The notes below the pieces were generated by a model. That model saw only the letters and a list, made by a program, of their open reading frames with translations, was not told the DNA's origin and searched no databases. From assembly GCF_018977255.1 (NCBI RefSeq), contig NW_024704742.1, positions 16,432,001 to 16,496,000 on the forward strand: a stretch of 64,000 bases of DNA. The letters run 5' to 3'. How positions within the stretch are numbered: position 1 is the stretch's first letter; every line of letters begins with the position of its first letter. Shown here piece by piece: positions 1-12,200 of this stretch. A program made the position numbers and the translations under genes. This DNA comes from Callorhinchus milii (lineage: Eukaryota).

Positions 1-7
1 CCAGATA

Positions 8-324
8 ATAATAATAATAATAATCCTTGCATTTGATATAGCGCTTTTCATGTTGGGAGGACGTCCCAAAGCGCTTCACAGAACACATTGTAAAGTGAAT
101 TGACTGTATATTTGTGGGCGAACACGGCAGCCAATTGCGCACAGCAATGTCCCACAAACAGTCGTAGATTGAAAATGACCAATTTATTATTGTTTTTGGT
201 TTTGGAGGGATCATTATTAGGCGTGTGGAGTAAGGAAACTTGCCCAAGGTTTCGCCCTGCCTGGAATTGAACTCAGGTCTGCGCCTGGAAAGCAAGTGCT
301 CTAACCACTGAGCTACAGGACTCC
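8..324 (-). mobile_element. tRNA-derived SINE (family A, short variant), full length, L2-type 3' tail with (TTA)n
   Basis: The reverse complement starts GGAGTCCTGTAGCTCAGTGGTTAGAGC (A box), then GAGTTCAATTCC (B box), and ends AAAGCGCTATATCAAATGCAAGGATTATTATT. The same sequence recurs many times in the window. Confidence 0.92.
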
Positions 325-519
325 ACGATACAATTATTTACAAAGAAAAGTCAAATTGAAAAGAAGCAATCATGTTACTGCATTTATTATGTTATATTTA
401 TAAACTCATGGAGTCAAATTGGTGAAATTTAATGTTTTTTAAAAAGTGCCTAACCATAGCAACCAGCTTACTGGGTTAAGAGAACAGAGCAGAGAGCTCT
501 CCCCCCATATAACAATTAT

Positions 520-710
520 TAATAATAATAATAATCCTTGCATTTTATATATCGCTTTTCACGTCTTCTAGACGTCTCAAAGCACTTCACAGAATATGCT
601 GTAAAGTGAATTGACCGTATATTTGTGGGCGAAACGCGGCAGCCAATTGCGCACAGCAATGTCCCACAAACAGTCGTGGATTGAAAATGACCAATTTATT
701 ATTGTTTTGT
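520..710 (-). mobile_element. 5'-truncated family A SINE
   Basis: Matches the 3' half of the 8-324 copy, including the (TAA)n tail. Confidence 0.88.
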
Positions 711-1075
711 TAACAAGAAGAGACCATGGATAGAGAGGGGCAAGAATAATTATCTTTCTGCTTTGATCTTTTAATCAGAGTGAATGTTGAAAGACACTGA
801 GAGCAGGGAAATAATCAGGTTTCCAAAGTTTTTTGTTTAATGAAGATAAACTCCTCACTTCAAAGTGTCACTTGATACAATGACAACGGCAGATAGTTGA
901 ATTAAAGTGACAATTTCATCCCCAGGTTTTCATCAACCAGGGACCTGTTTAATTCACGTACTAAGATGTTTAACACGGGTAAAACACACTCGAGTATCTC
1001 AGTCACAACCTCATCTGGAAATTTGATTTGTGTTTTTTTTCATAATAAAAGTCACTTTTTCATCAGATTACTCGT

Positions 1076-1422
1076 CTCGCAATCAAGGAGAATGGAGTTC
1101 AGTTCCTAAGCAGCGCAAATTTCCTTATTCCACATATCTCTGTTTACCCATCAGTAAGTAGGAATCTGGTTGTTAGATGATTGGCTGATCGCTTTTCCGG
1201 GGTTAATAATCCCTTAAAAAACAACTACTAATAATAATTTGGTCACTAAATGTATGACTGTTTGTGTGATACTGCTGTGTGCAATTGGCTGCCGTGTTTC
1301 CCCCCCCCACATATACAGTCAATTTACTTTACAGTATATTTTAGGAAGTGCTTTGAAATGTCTCTAAGATGTGATAAGTCGCTATGTCAAGTGCAAGGAT
1401 TATTATTATTATTATTATTATT
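1076..1422 (+). mobile_element. Degenerate family A SINE (long variant)
   Basis: Contains TCTGTTTACC...AGTAAGTAGGAATCTGGTTGTTAG, the CAATTGGCTGCC core and a GCAAGGATTATTATT tail. Confidence 0.85.
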
Positions 1423-2597
1423 ACCTGATCAGATAGTTATTGAAGCTCCTCTTTGGAGAGGTTGATGATGATAAGCAAATTATAAAGCATGGTGAATTAT
1501 TGGAGTACAATACAAACAATGAATCTCTTTAAAGGTGTAATTGGTTTACAATTTTACACATTTTCCAGGGAGGCTTTGAACTATAGTTACTTAAAACAAA
1601 GGTTTATTAAAAAAATCAATTGTGTCTAGGAAAATAATCCAAAATTGTTCCACCCATAATTAGCATAAATCTAGCAATTCATTTTTAGATTTATGCTAGA
1701 CCCTCAAGCAAAAAGAGGAGGTTGTAGCAGATCAGTTTGGAGGAAAATACAAAGTTAAAGCAAAGTTTAACCAGCTTTGAAGCCTAGACAAACTTAATTT
1801 TGTTGCTCAATAAGTTACTACTACCTGGATAGCTCCTTCAGAAAGATAGTTAGTTTAAACAATCCCCATTCACCCAGTTAGATTTTTTGAAAGACCGATT
1901 TAACTTTTTTTTGCTATATCCAAGATAGAATTGACTTATTTAATATTTAATATTTCTACTGTCAATTTCACCAGATCTGCGACACTGACTAGATTTCACT
2001 CCAGGTCTCCAGCTGTATTTGAAGCAGTTCTGGAGGTTGGGGGATTGTGTATAGGCTGCTGATACCCAGAGATGATAAAATATGGGTCAGTACCAGAGAA
2101 TATACAATCAGTGCTGCTCACAGTTACAGATACAAGACCAGCTAGCTTTAGGCACTCTGTTTTATAGTAATGATTAATAATGTAACATATTTGTTAAAAG
2201 TTTCGCTATGAACTGTTCTGCTAATGGTAATTTGTCCAACCATCTGGAGTGGCACTGAAGGACAAGCTCCATTGTTGATAACAGTACACAACAAGCATCT
2301 GAATTTCACCACTTAACATTACACTCACTTAGAAAATAGAACTATAATTTCTGGAACAAACAACACTGGGATGTTTGATTATTTTACTGGTTCTGCCAGA
2401 ACAATTGTTTCTACCTACAATTTGTAGAGTGAGACATTAGAGCGCTCATAGGCAAAACAAAAAATGGTGGTTTAAATAGAAATTTTCAGAAATTTAAACA
2501 TATTTATTAAGTAAGTACAGCACCAAATCTTCACAGTAATGATGTGCTCCAGGTTGCCAAAAAAATACACAGTCACTACACTTTTCGTTAAAATCCT

Positions 2598-4984
2598 GTG
2601 TATGCTGAGGAACCAACTAGGGGACAGGCCGTCCTCGACCTTGTTTCGTGTAACGAAACAGGGCTAGTCGGTAATATAGATATTAAGGCTCCTCTAGGGC
2701 AGAGTGATCATAACATGGTAGAATTTAGCATTAAGTTAGAGAGTGATGTAGTCAAATCCGAAGCAAGGGTCTTAAATTTAAATAAAGCTAACTTTGCAGG
2801 TATGAGGGAAGAATTAGCTAAAATAGACTGTGGAATTAGATTAATGGATATGACAATAGACCAACAGTGGTAAACTTTAAAAGATGTAGTGCAAAATTCT
2901 CAGCGTTCACATATTCCCTTGAGGAATAAGAGTACCACAGGGAAAGCAGTTCATCCGTGGCTAACTAGACCAGTTAGAGAAAGTATAAAACTAAACGAAA
3001 AGGTCTATAAAACTGCCAAAAAGAGTAGCAAACCTGAGGACTAGAAGTGTTTTTGCAACCAACAACGGAAAACCAAAAGCTCATTAAGAGTGAGAAAATG
3101 GATTATGAGGGAACATTAAGACAGATTGCAAGTTTTTTATAAATACATTACGAGGAATAGGCTAACAAAAGTAAATGTGGGTCCATTACAAGCAGAGACA
3201 GAAGGAATTATAATGGGGGATAAGGATATGACAGAGTCCCTAAATAAATACTTTGCTTCTGTCTTCACATTAGAAGACACAAGAAGTTTACAAGAAATAG
3301 AGAATGAGCCAAGGGACTAATGATAGGGAGCAACTTAGGGAAATTTACATTAGCAAAGAATTGGTGCTAGGGAAATTGTTGGCATTAAAAAGTGACAAGT
3401 CCCCTGGACCTGATGGTTTACATCCTAGGATTTTAAAAGAGGTAGCTCATGAGATAGTGGAGGCCTTGTGTCTGATCTTCCAAAAATTTTTGGATTCTGG
3501 AATGGTTCCCATTGATTGGAAGATTGCAAACGTCACACCACTAATTAAGAAAAGCTGGGGAACTATAGACCAGTTAGTCTGACATCAGTAGTAGGGAAAA
3601 TTCTAGAAGTCTTAATTAAGGATGTCGTAGTGGGATATTTAGAGGATTGGATTAGACAGAGTCAACATGGCTTTACAAAAAGGGGGATGAGGGAACATTA
3701 AGACAGATTGCAAGTTTTTATAAATACATTATGAGGAATTAACATGCTTAACAAATCTTTTAGATTTTTTTGAGGACATATCAAGTAGATTAGATGGGGG
3801 GAATTAGTGGATGTAGTGTATTTAGATTTCCAAAAGGCATTCGATAAGGTGCCGCATAAAAGGTTGATTCACAAGATTAGGGCCCATGGAATTAAGGGGA
3901 ATATATTAGCATGGATTGAAGAATGGCTAATGGCAAGAAAACAAAGAATAGGGATAAACGGTCCTTCTCAGATTGGCGGGATGTGACTAGTGGAGCCCCA
4001 CAAGGATCAGTGCTTGTGCCTCAACTATTTACTATCTACATCAACGATCTAGATGAGGACATCAAACTTAATATCGAAATTTGCGGATGACGCTAAACTA
4101 GGAGGGAGAGTAAACACCGAGGATGACATTAAAAAAATGCAATGAGATATAGATAGGCTAGGGGAGTGGGCAAATAGGTGGCAGATGAAATATAATGTCA
4201 GGAAGTGTGAGGTCATCCACCTAGGTGGCAAAAACAGTAGAGCAGATTATTTTTTAGAAGGGGAGAGACTAGATAGTGTTAGCGTTCAGAGGGACTTGGG
4301 TGTCCTTGTACACCAGTCACAAAAAGTTAGTTTGCAGGTACAGCAAGCAGTTAGGAAGGCTAACGGTATCTTGGCATTTGTTACAAAAGGTTTAGAATAT
4401 AAGAGTAGGGAAGTCTTGCTGCAAGTGTATAGGGCCCTGGTGAGACTGCACCTAGAGTATTGTGTGCAGTTTCGGTCTCCTTATTTGAGAAAGGATGTAC
4501 TCACCTTGGAGGGGGTACAACGTAGATTCACTAGGTTTGTACCAGGGTTGAGGGGGTTGAGTTATGAGGATAGGTTGAGCAATTTAGGCCTATATTCCCT
4601 AGAATATAGAAGAATGAGAGGTGATCTTATAGAAACCTATAAGATTATTAAGGGGCACGACAGAATAGATAGTGGGAGACTTTTTCCCCTGGTTGGAGAA
4701 GCTATAACCAAGGGTCACAGTCTTAAAATTAGGGGTAAGCCCTTTCGCACTGAGTTGAGGAAAAACGTCTTCACTCAAAGGGTAGTAAGTTTATGGAATT
4801 CTCTACCCCAAAGGGCTGTAGATGCTCAGTCCTTGAACATATTCTTGTAGATAAAGGGATTAAGGGATATGAGGATAAGGCGGGTAGGTGGAATTAGACT
4901 AGATCAGCCATGATCTTATTGAATGGCGGGGCAGGCTAGAGGGGCCGAATGGCCTACTCCTGCTCCTAATTCTTATGTTCTAAG
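2598..4984 (+). mobile_element. CR1 LINE, 5'-truncated and decayed (EN C-terminus, RT, 3' UTR)
   Basis: ORF fragments read SDHNMVEF, KSPGPDGLHPRILKE, FADD and LEYCVQF. The element ends in the CR1 3' UTR and TTCTTATG tail. It has multiple stops and frameshifts. Confidence 0.95.
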
Positions 4985-5205
4985 TGCCTTGATTGCTTTC
5001 GTCTACCAATTTTGTGATCTTCTGAATGTTTTCTGGAATGATGTGAGCTGGTACTTCCCTCTAGGAAGAGAATACCCATGCTCCAGAGACATGGGAAATT
5101 TCTGTATTTAGGTAGCATACATAAGTGGAACTCAGTCTGGTTTAGATACCTTCTGTTCTCATTGCTATTTATGAAGGATGGGAGACAAAAAATGGGGTCT
5201 GACAT

Positions 5206-6637
5206 TGTTGGTAGGGAAAATTCTAGAGTCCTTAATTAGGGATGTCTTTGTGGGGTACTTAGAAAATCATAACATGATTAGACAGAGTCAACATGGCTTT
5301 ACGAAAGGCTTTTAGAGTTTTTTGAGGATGTAACTAGCAGGTTAGATAGGGGGGACAAAGTAGATGTGGTGTATTTGGATTTCCAAGAGGCATTCGACAA
5401 GGTTCCACATAAAAGGATGTTGCATAAGATTAGAGCCCATGGAATTAAAGGTAATATATTAGCATGGATTGGAGAGTGGTTAACAGGAACAAAACCGAGA
5501 GCAGGGATAATCGGGTCCTTCTCAGATTGGCAGGATGTGACTAGTGGAGTGCTACAAGGATCAGTGTTTGGGCCTCAATTATTTACAGACTATATCAATG
5601 ATTTAGATGAAGAAATAGAACTTAACATATCTAAATTCGCGGACGATATGAAGCTAGGTGGGAGTGTAAGCTGTGAGGATGACACAAGAAGAATGCAAAG
5701 GGAAATGGACAGGCTAGGTGAGTGGGCAAGAAGGTGGCTGATGGAGTATAATGTGGGGAAGTGTGAAGTTATTCACCTAGGAAGTAAAAATAGAAAAGCG
5801 GATTGTTTTCTAGAGGGGGAGAGACTAGATAGTGTTAGTGTTCAGAGGGATTTGGTGACCTTGTACACTAGTCATAAAGAATTAGCATGGAGGTACAGCA
5901 AGCAACTAGGAAGTCTAGTGCCATGTTGGCATTCATTGCAAAAGGGTTAGAGTACAAGAGTAGGGAAGTCTTGCTGCAGTTGTATAAGGCCTTGGTGAGA
6001 CCGCACCTAGATTGTGTGCAGTTTTGGTCTCCTTATTTAAGAAAGGATATACACGCCTTAGAGGGGGTGCAGCGTAGATTCAATAGGTTGGTTCCTGGGA
6101 TGAGGGTGTTGACCTATGAGGATACGTTGAGTAAACTACAACGACAACAACAAGATTACATTTGTATAGCGCCTTTCACATCGGGAGGACATCCCAAGGT
6201 GCTGAAACTAGGCCTATATTTTCTAGAATATAGAAGAATTAGAGGTGATCTTGCAGAAACCTATAAGATTCTTAAGGGTCTTGACAGGGTAGATACCGTG
6301 AGACTGTTTCCCCTGGTTGCAGAATCTATAACTAGGGGTCATAGTCTCAAAACTAAGGGTCAGCCTTTTTAAACTGAGTTGAGGAAACATTTCTTTACTC
6401 AGAGGATAGTGAATTTGTGGAATTCTCTACCCCAGAATGCTGTGGATGCTCAGTCCTTGAACATATTCAAGACCGAGGTTGATAGATTTCTAAAGGATAG
6501 AGGGATTAAAGGATATGGGGATAGGGCGGGTAAATGGAATTAGATAGAAGATCAGCCATGATCTTATTACATGGCGGGGCAGGCTCGAGGGGCCGAATGG
6601 CCTACTCCTGCTCTTACGTCTTTTGGTCTTATGGTCT
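5206..6637 (+). mobile_element. CR1 LINE, 5'-truncated (RT to 3' UTR)
   Basis: ORFs 5366-5950 and 5887-6372 contain YLDFQEAFDKVPH, SGVLQGSVFGP and KFADD, followed by a CR1 3' UTR with TCTTATG-type tail. Confidence 0.95.
6139..6204 (-). mobile_element. 66 bp L2 3'-tail insertion inside the CR1, with AAACTA target-site duplication
   Basis: A (CAA)n tail plus the L2 3' stem-loop, flanked by AAACTA at 6133-6138 and 6205-6210. Confidence 0.85.
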
Positions 6638-7030
6638 ATACTTATAAGCAAACCAATGTGTTTATGCATGTCAGATACCCAGCTGACTCCAAAAAGTGAA
6701 CTGCAAGGTGCCCTGAATTATGGAATTAATATCCAATGAAAACGATTGGTTACTAATTCCATGATTAATAAATCCTTAACATTGACTAATTATTACATAA
6801 TTTATGACACTTGTAATTCCCTTGTCCTCATGCATTTGCACATGATTTCCATAACTTGCATAATAGACCTCAATGTTTTATACGTTTTGCTGTTTTCAGT
6901 GAGGACAATAGGATTTCAGTAAATTATATGCCTGTGTGAAAATTTCAACCTATATCCATTTGAATTGTAAATAACACCCACAAGGACGAGAGAGTTTTAT
7001 TTCCCAAATTTAAACAAGATTTAGATAGAT

Positions 7031-7405
7031 GGAGTCCTGTAGCATAGTGGTTAAAGCCCTTGCCTTGCAAGCGAGAGGACACGGATTTGATTCTCGGCAG
7101 GGCGAAACCTTAGGCAAGTCTCCTTACTCCACATGCTTCTGCTTACCTAGCAGTAAGCAGGAACCCGGTTGTTAGTCGATTGGCGGATCACTATCTGGGG
7201 GTAATAATCCCTTCAAAACATAATAAATAATAAAAATTTGGTCACTCAATCCACAACTTTTGGGACACTGCTGGGTGCAATTGGCTACCGTATTTTGCGC
7301 CACAAAATATACAGTCGATTCACTTTACAGTATATGCTGTGAAGTGCTTTGAGATGCCTCAACAATGTGATAAGATGCTATATTACATGCAAGGATCATT
7401 ATTGT
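7031..7405 (+). mobile_element. Family A SINE (long variant), full length
   Basis: GGAGTCCTGTAGCATAGTGGTTAAAGC head, internal core and GCAAGGATCATTATT tail. Confidence 0.92.
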
Positions 7406-7495
7406 TAAATTTTAGAGTATGCAAAACTGGAGTAAAGCATTGCTTGCAGGCCTGAAGTGGGACTAATATGAAGCAATAAAGACCTCTATGGCTGC

Positions 7496-7858
7496 AGCCC
7501 TGTGGCTTAGTGGTTAAAGTACTCACCACGCAAGGAAGAGGACCAGGGTTTGATTCCCGAGTAGGACAAAATGTAGGGCAAGTTTCCTTACTCCACACGC
7601 CTCTGTTTACCTAGCAGGAAGTAGGAACCTGGTTGTTAGTCGATTGGTGGATCGCTTTTCCAGGGTAATAATCCTTCAAAAAAAATAATAAATTGGTCAT
7701 TCAATCCATGACTGTTTGTGGGATACTGCTGTACACAATTGGTTGCCACGTTTCACCCACAACAGAGTCAATTCACTTTACAATATTTTCCGTGAAGCAC
7801 TTTGAGGCATCTCGAAGACGTGATAAGGCACTATGTCAAATGCAAGGATTATTATTAT
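7496..7858 (+). mobile_element. Family A SINE (long variant), full length
   Basis: CCCTGTGGCTTAGTGGTTAAAG head, GGTTTGATTCC B box and GCAAGGATTATTATT tail. Confidence 0.92.
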
Positions 7859-9084
7859 CATATAAGAAACATATTGGAACAGTATTAAGCAATCTTTGCT
7901 TAGATGATTTTTCATATAGAATATTGATACTAAATACAACCAGTGGCAATATTGCTAGTGGTATAATAGTTAAACTTTCCATCAAAGCAGGAAGGTTTAC
8001 TGAAGCATATCAATGGTGCATTACACTCATGGGTACATTTCAATCTTTTCCACCAGCTGATATTTCTGACTAACCCTATAGATCTATAAAGAAAATTGAA
8101 ACCTGCATTATTTTTAGCCATATCCATCAATTTTTTTTATGAAGACTTGGTATTTTGCAGGAGATTCTCAGAAATGTAATATTTAATAGGTCTCTACAGA
8201 AAACTCTGAACAAGCTGTTCTCCTCCTGTCAGGATGATTTGGCAGCTGTGTTTCCCAATCCGCATTTCTGCTTTCAAAGGTGCATCCTTGAAACTGTTTT
8301 AGCTTTTGGCATTGTTCTGAAATAAGAATGAATGTAAACTTGGTCCAAGTTAAACTTTTAGTTCAGTCAGTCTGTGAAATCAGAATAATCTGTAGTTCAA
8401 ACTCATTCTTTGATTCTATTAATCTTACCCTTGACTGCATTTCATTGACACAGACAAGATGTTATGGTCTGTATCTGTCATTATTGGAGACAGTATACAC
8501 TGCCTCAGTAGTCATTTGTTTCAAGCCTCAGTAAAAATAAGTCTGGCACAGTAAACATAATTGCAAAATAATTTTGTGGCTAGCATTTCATCTGGAACAT
8601 TTTGTGTTGTCCTTTGTTTTTGACGGAGGTAGAACTGCACTTGGTGCAGTCAAATGTAATTTAGGAATGTAGACAATGTTCAGTATTTGATCCCTTCATA
8701 AATGTAGCCATGTAGAATAACAGATACTCTTGAGTTACTACAATGCGGCAATCTCATCGGGAGTCTGTCTAAGCCCTGAGATAAAATCAATGCCTTGTAA
8801 TTTCTCCAGACAACTGGTGATATGTAATAATATAGTATGTGCTGTGTGCTCCATAAGGATAATTGGGCACTCCCTGTAACTAATGCAAAATGACATTCAT
8901 ATTAAAGGATTACTATTTTGACATAATTACTGCACGTTTATTAAGGCAGAATTTTCAGCATAGTCAGTATTTATTAATAACTCAGAATGGAGTAATGATG
9001 TAGTTAAAAAAGACTAGAGAAAACAAGGCAAGCTTAGGATCAGAGGATAGCAGGAGGGTGGGCAGCCTTTCCTAAGAGGAAAAA

Positions 9085-9300
9085 ATATTATTAATAACTA
9101 TAATCATTGCATTTGATATAGCACTGTAAAGTGTAGTGACTGCATATTTGATTGGTGAACAGAGCAGGCAATTTGCATTCAGCAATGTCCTGCAAACAGC
9201 ATGAAATGAATGATCAATTTTACTTGGAGGATTGTTGGTCAGGACACCAGAAGAAATTCTCTTCTCTTTTTGGATAGTGCCATGGGATCTTTAATATCCA
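9085..9300 (-). mobile_element. Deu-domain SINE (family B), 3' fragment
   Basis: The reverse complement contains AAAGATCCCATGGCACTAT (Deu core) and the shared L2-type tail. Confidence 0.75.
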
Positions 9301-10189
9301 TTGATAGCAGTAACATTGGATGGAGATATTTTGTTTTTTCATGAGCTTTGCACCTGACTCAGTTCTCTCTGTATATAGTGGCCTATTTTATTTCATTCCA
9401 GTTCACTTGAGAAGCTAGAAATCAAAATGATAACAAATAGATTAGTTTGCTTGACATGCAGTCAAGCTAATAACACTGCAGCAGCAAACTGAAGTCTATA
9501 ATGGAGCCTGTGAAAATAATATGAAATGCATCCCAGTGGAAGGTTTGAGCAGCCCATTTATCTTTCAAAGCAGATCATGTGCATGTGGATGGTACGTGAT
9601 ACTATTTTCACATCTGGTACTGATGGAAAGAAAGATCCAGTTTTATTCTCTTGTTTTAATGAAATGTTAATCACCAGTATATGAAGAAGTAGAAAAAAAA
9701 GGTTTTAAGAATTCATACTGATTTTGAGGTTTAGAAAATATGAATTTTTGGCTGCAGATTTATAAAGATGGCAAATAAAACAATTTCCTATCTTGTCCTT
9801 GTGTGGCAAGGTCAGGAGTTGATATTGAATTCCTAATACTGGTGGCAAAAAAANTTACAATCTATTCAGGTATTGTGATCTGAATACTATTTATTCCATA
9901 TATGATGTCTTTGCATCATATTGAAAACACCACACGTGAGGCAACTGTTCTGGATACAAACCTTGGTTCTATCAGGTTTGAGTTACTTAACTTCAGGGTT
10001 GAATGAAATTATACCTGGTGTCATCCTAGAGTGAAGACAAAAACAACTTTATAAAATATTGGCAGTTCTGCTTGCTTAGAAAATGAAAGAAAACAGTGTA
10101 ACATGAACACTGCAATTCAAATCATTTTTTGGCATTTGAATGCTGATATGGAGTGAATGTCAAATTGACACTCAAATACAATCTTTGGG

Positions 10190-10700
10190 TGTGTTGCATT
10201 GTCGGAGGTTCCATCCTTTGGATGAGACGTTAAATTAAGGTCCCGTCTGCCTGCTCAGGTGGACATGAAAGATCCCAAATTCAGATTCTTAAAATTCTTA
10301 ATCTGAAAGGATAAATGGCTGATGAACCCTTTATAATAGGTAACAATTAGGATGAAGAAAAGAGGTTCAAAGGAAAAAGATGCTATATGAGATAACATTT
10401 GTTTTAAGGGACCAGAAAGAAATACTGCTGGAAGTAAGAAAGACAAAATAATTGTTCTTTCCAACAAGGGAAGAACTTGCCACTATTTGAAAAGAGAAGG
10501 AAGTTTCTCCCAGTGTCGTGGCCAACAAATCCTCCAAATAATATTGGTCACTCACTCCATGGCTGTGAATGGGACATTGCAATGCGCAAACTGGCTGCCC
10601 CATTTCACCCACAAAATATACAGCCCAGTCCTGTGAAGTGCTTCGAGATGTTTCGATGACGTGATAACGTGCTATATAAAATGCAAGGATTATTATTATT
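10190..10700 (+). mobile_element. Deu-domain SINE (SacSINE1-like, family B) interrupted by a ~190 bp insert
   Basis: The Deu core GGAGGTTCCATCCTTTGGATGAGACGTTAAA...AAAGATCCCA is followed by foreign sequence, then resumes at GCCACTATTTGAAAAGAG and runs to the tail. Confidence 0.85.
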
Positions 10701-11034
10701 TACTACAATCGACAACAGGTATTCATGAGCAACCCATAGATTCTGTCTCAAGATGTCTGGGTTAAAGATGGTTACCATTTTGTTTGATTTAGAGTGTATG
10801 TCATCTATCAGTGGCAGTTTTTGAATGACTGGGAAAGAACTTTTTTTAAAAATCTAGTTAGTGATTTATAAAAAATTTATTAGGGGAATTCTTATCCCTT
10901 TAAAAAAAATATTTTTTTCAGCTCCCTACATAATTCAAAACCATGTGACTGATGCATTGCATAACATACAAGGTAGTTAATAAGCAAAGAAGCAGATAAA
11001 CATACAAAAGTTATAATATATACAGTATCTGCAA

Positions 11035-12200
11035 TTATAAGTCTGGTATATGTGGAAATCCACGACCTTGCTTAAGTGTATCGAAACCACATTAAGAGTT
11101 GCACATATATATGTCACCCACACTTGGAAATTTCTCTGTTTCTGGAAATGGAATGTGCACTCTCTCCATGGAGGGATGCAACCTGCTTACCAGAGTGCTA
11201 TTTTGGAGTGTATTAGGTGCAAGTTGGCAAGAAGATAAGTCTTGGTTACTCCAAAGCGTGCAACGATGTACTCTTAGGGAATAACCAGCTAAAACAGCAT
11301 AACATATATTGAAAGCACTCTCTGGCAAGCCTCCCCTAGCTTGCCCATCTAATAACATCTATCTCTTTGGGGTTACTTTTCCCTCCCCCACCTGGAGCGT
11401 AGTTTGCTACTTGGTCGGATATCAGGAATTCCCTGACAGCTTCCTGGTGAATAGCACAGCTGAGCATGATCAATGTTTCCACCAGTTGGAGGTGTAGAAC
11501 TTCAGCAGCAGCTGCCTAACTTTCTGCATACCCATCAAGGTGGAAAACAAGCCCTAGGTATATGAACCTGTGTCAAGTACCTAGACTACAGGTAACATCT
11601 TACAAAGTCATCAAGAAGCCTCAAGATTTCCTTGTCAGCTGTTTGATGGACATTTACCTTCAGTGTAGTGGAAGATCCTTTACAGAACAGCTTGTGACGT
11701 GCCAGCCACCTCGATGTTCTGGACCTCCAACTCCAAGTTTGCGTAACAAGCTTAATCCAAGTCCTCACATGGGGACTTTGGCAAATAGCTTCCAAGGTGT
11801 TCAGCAACAAGTGAAGGCAGTGCAGAACCTCCCTCTCTGCACCTGCTTCCCCTGTTTACCATAAATCCACCTCACTGCTTGCTCTTCGACTACATAATTG
11901 TGCTTCTGCAGAACCTTGAAGGAGAAATAGCTGGTTAAATTTCAGCTGTACCCCAATGTACACTCTGGGGTCCCCAAGCCTTGGCTCTTGCCAACATGCG
12001 GCTAATACTTTCCAGAATTGGGTAAGCAGTATGCATTTCTCCAGGAAAAGCATGCGCATTCTATTCCAACAATCTATCTCTGGGATTTCCATGTGTAGGT
12101 GGGATGCATGGAATTATCAGTTTGGTTTGGATACTCTTAAATACAGTGACGGGTTTCTGCATGTGTCAGACACTTGGCTGACCCCCCAAAAATTGAACTC
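11035..12200. mobile_element. Old non-autonomous DNA-transposon-like element with long imperfect terminal inverted repeats
   Basis: About 11040-11295 aligns with the reverse complement of about 11925-12175 (shared CTGCTTACC, GTATTAG, GTTGGCAAGA, TAACCAGCTA). Related arms occur elsewhere in the window. Confidence 0.7.

Noticed and set aside
8..324. tRNA genes suggested by A/B boxes in SINE heads (also 7031, 25029, 54905)
   Set aside because: Each head runs straight into a SINE body and L2-type tail, and none forms a complete cloverleaf with an acceptor stem.
1250..1465. Recurrent short ORFs with NWLP...[11 protein letters not shown]...CKDYYY (also 7693, 55136, 55399)
   Set aside because: They are translations of the same SINE 3' half, not a peptide gene family.
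9854..9854. Single ambiguous base N after an A run
   Set aside because: This is an assembly ambiguity, not biology. It does warn that homopolymer lengths in this assembly may be unreliable.
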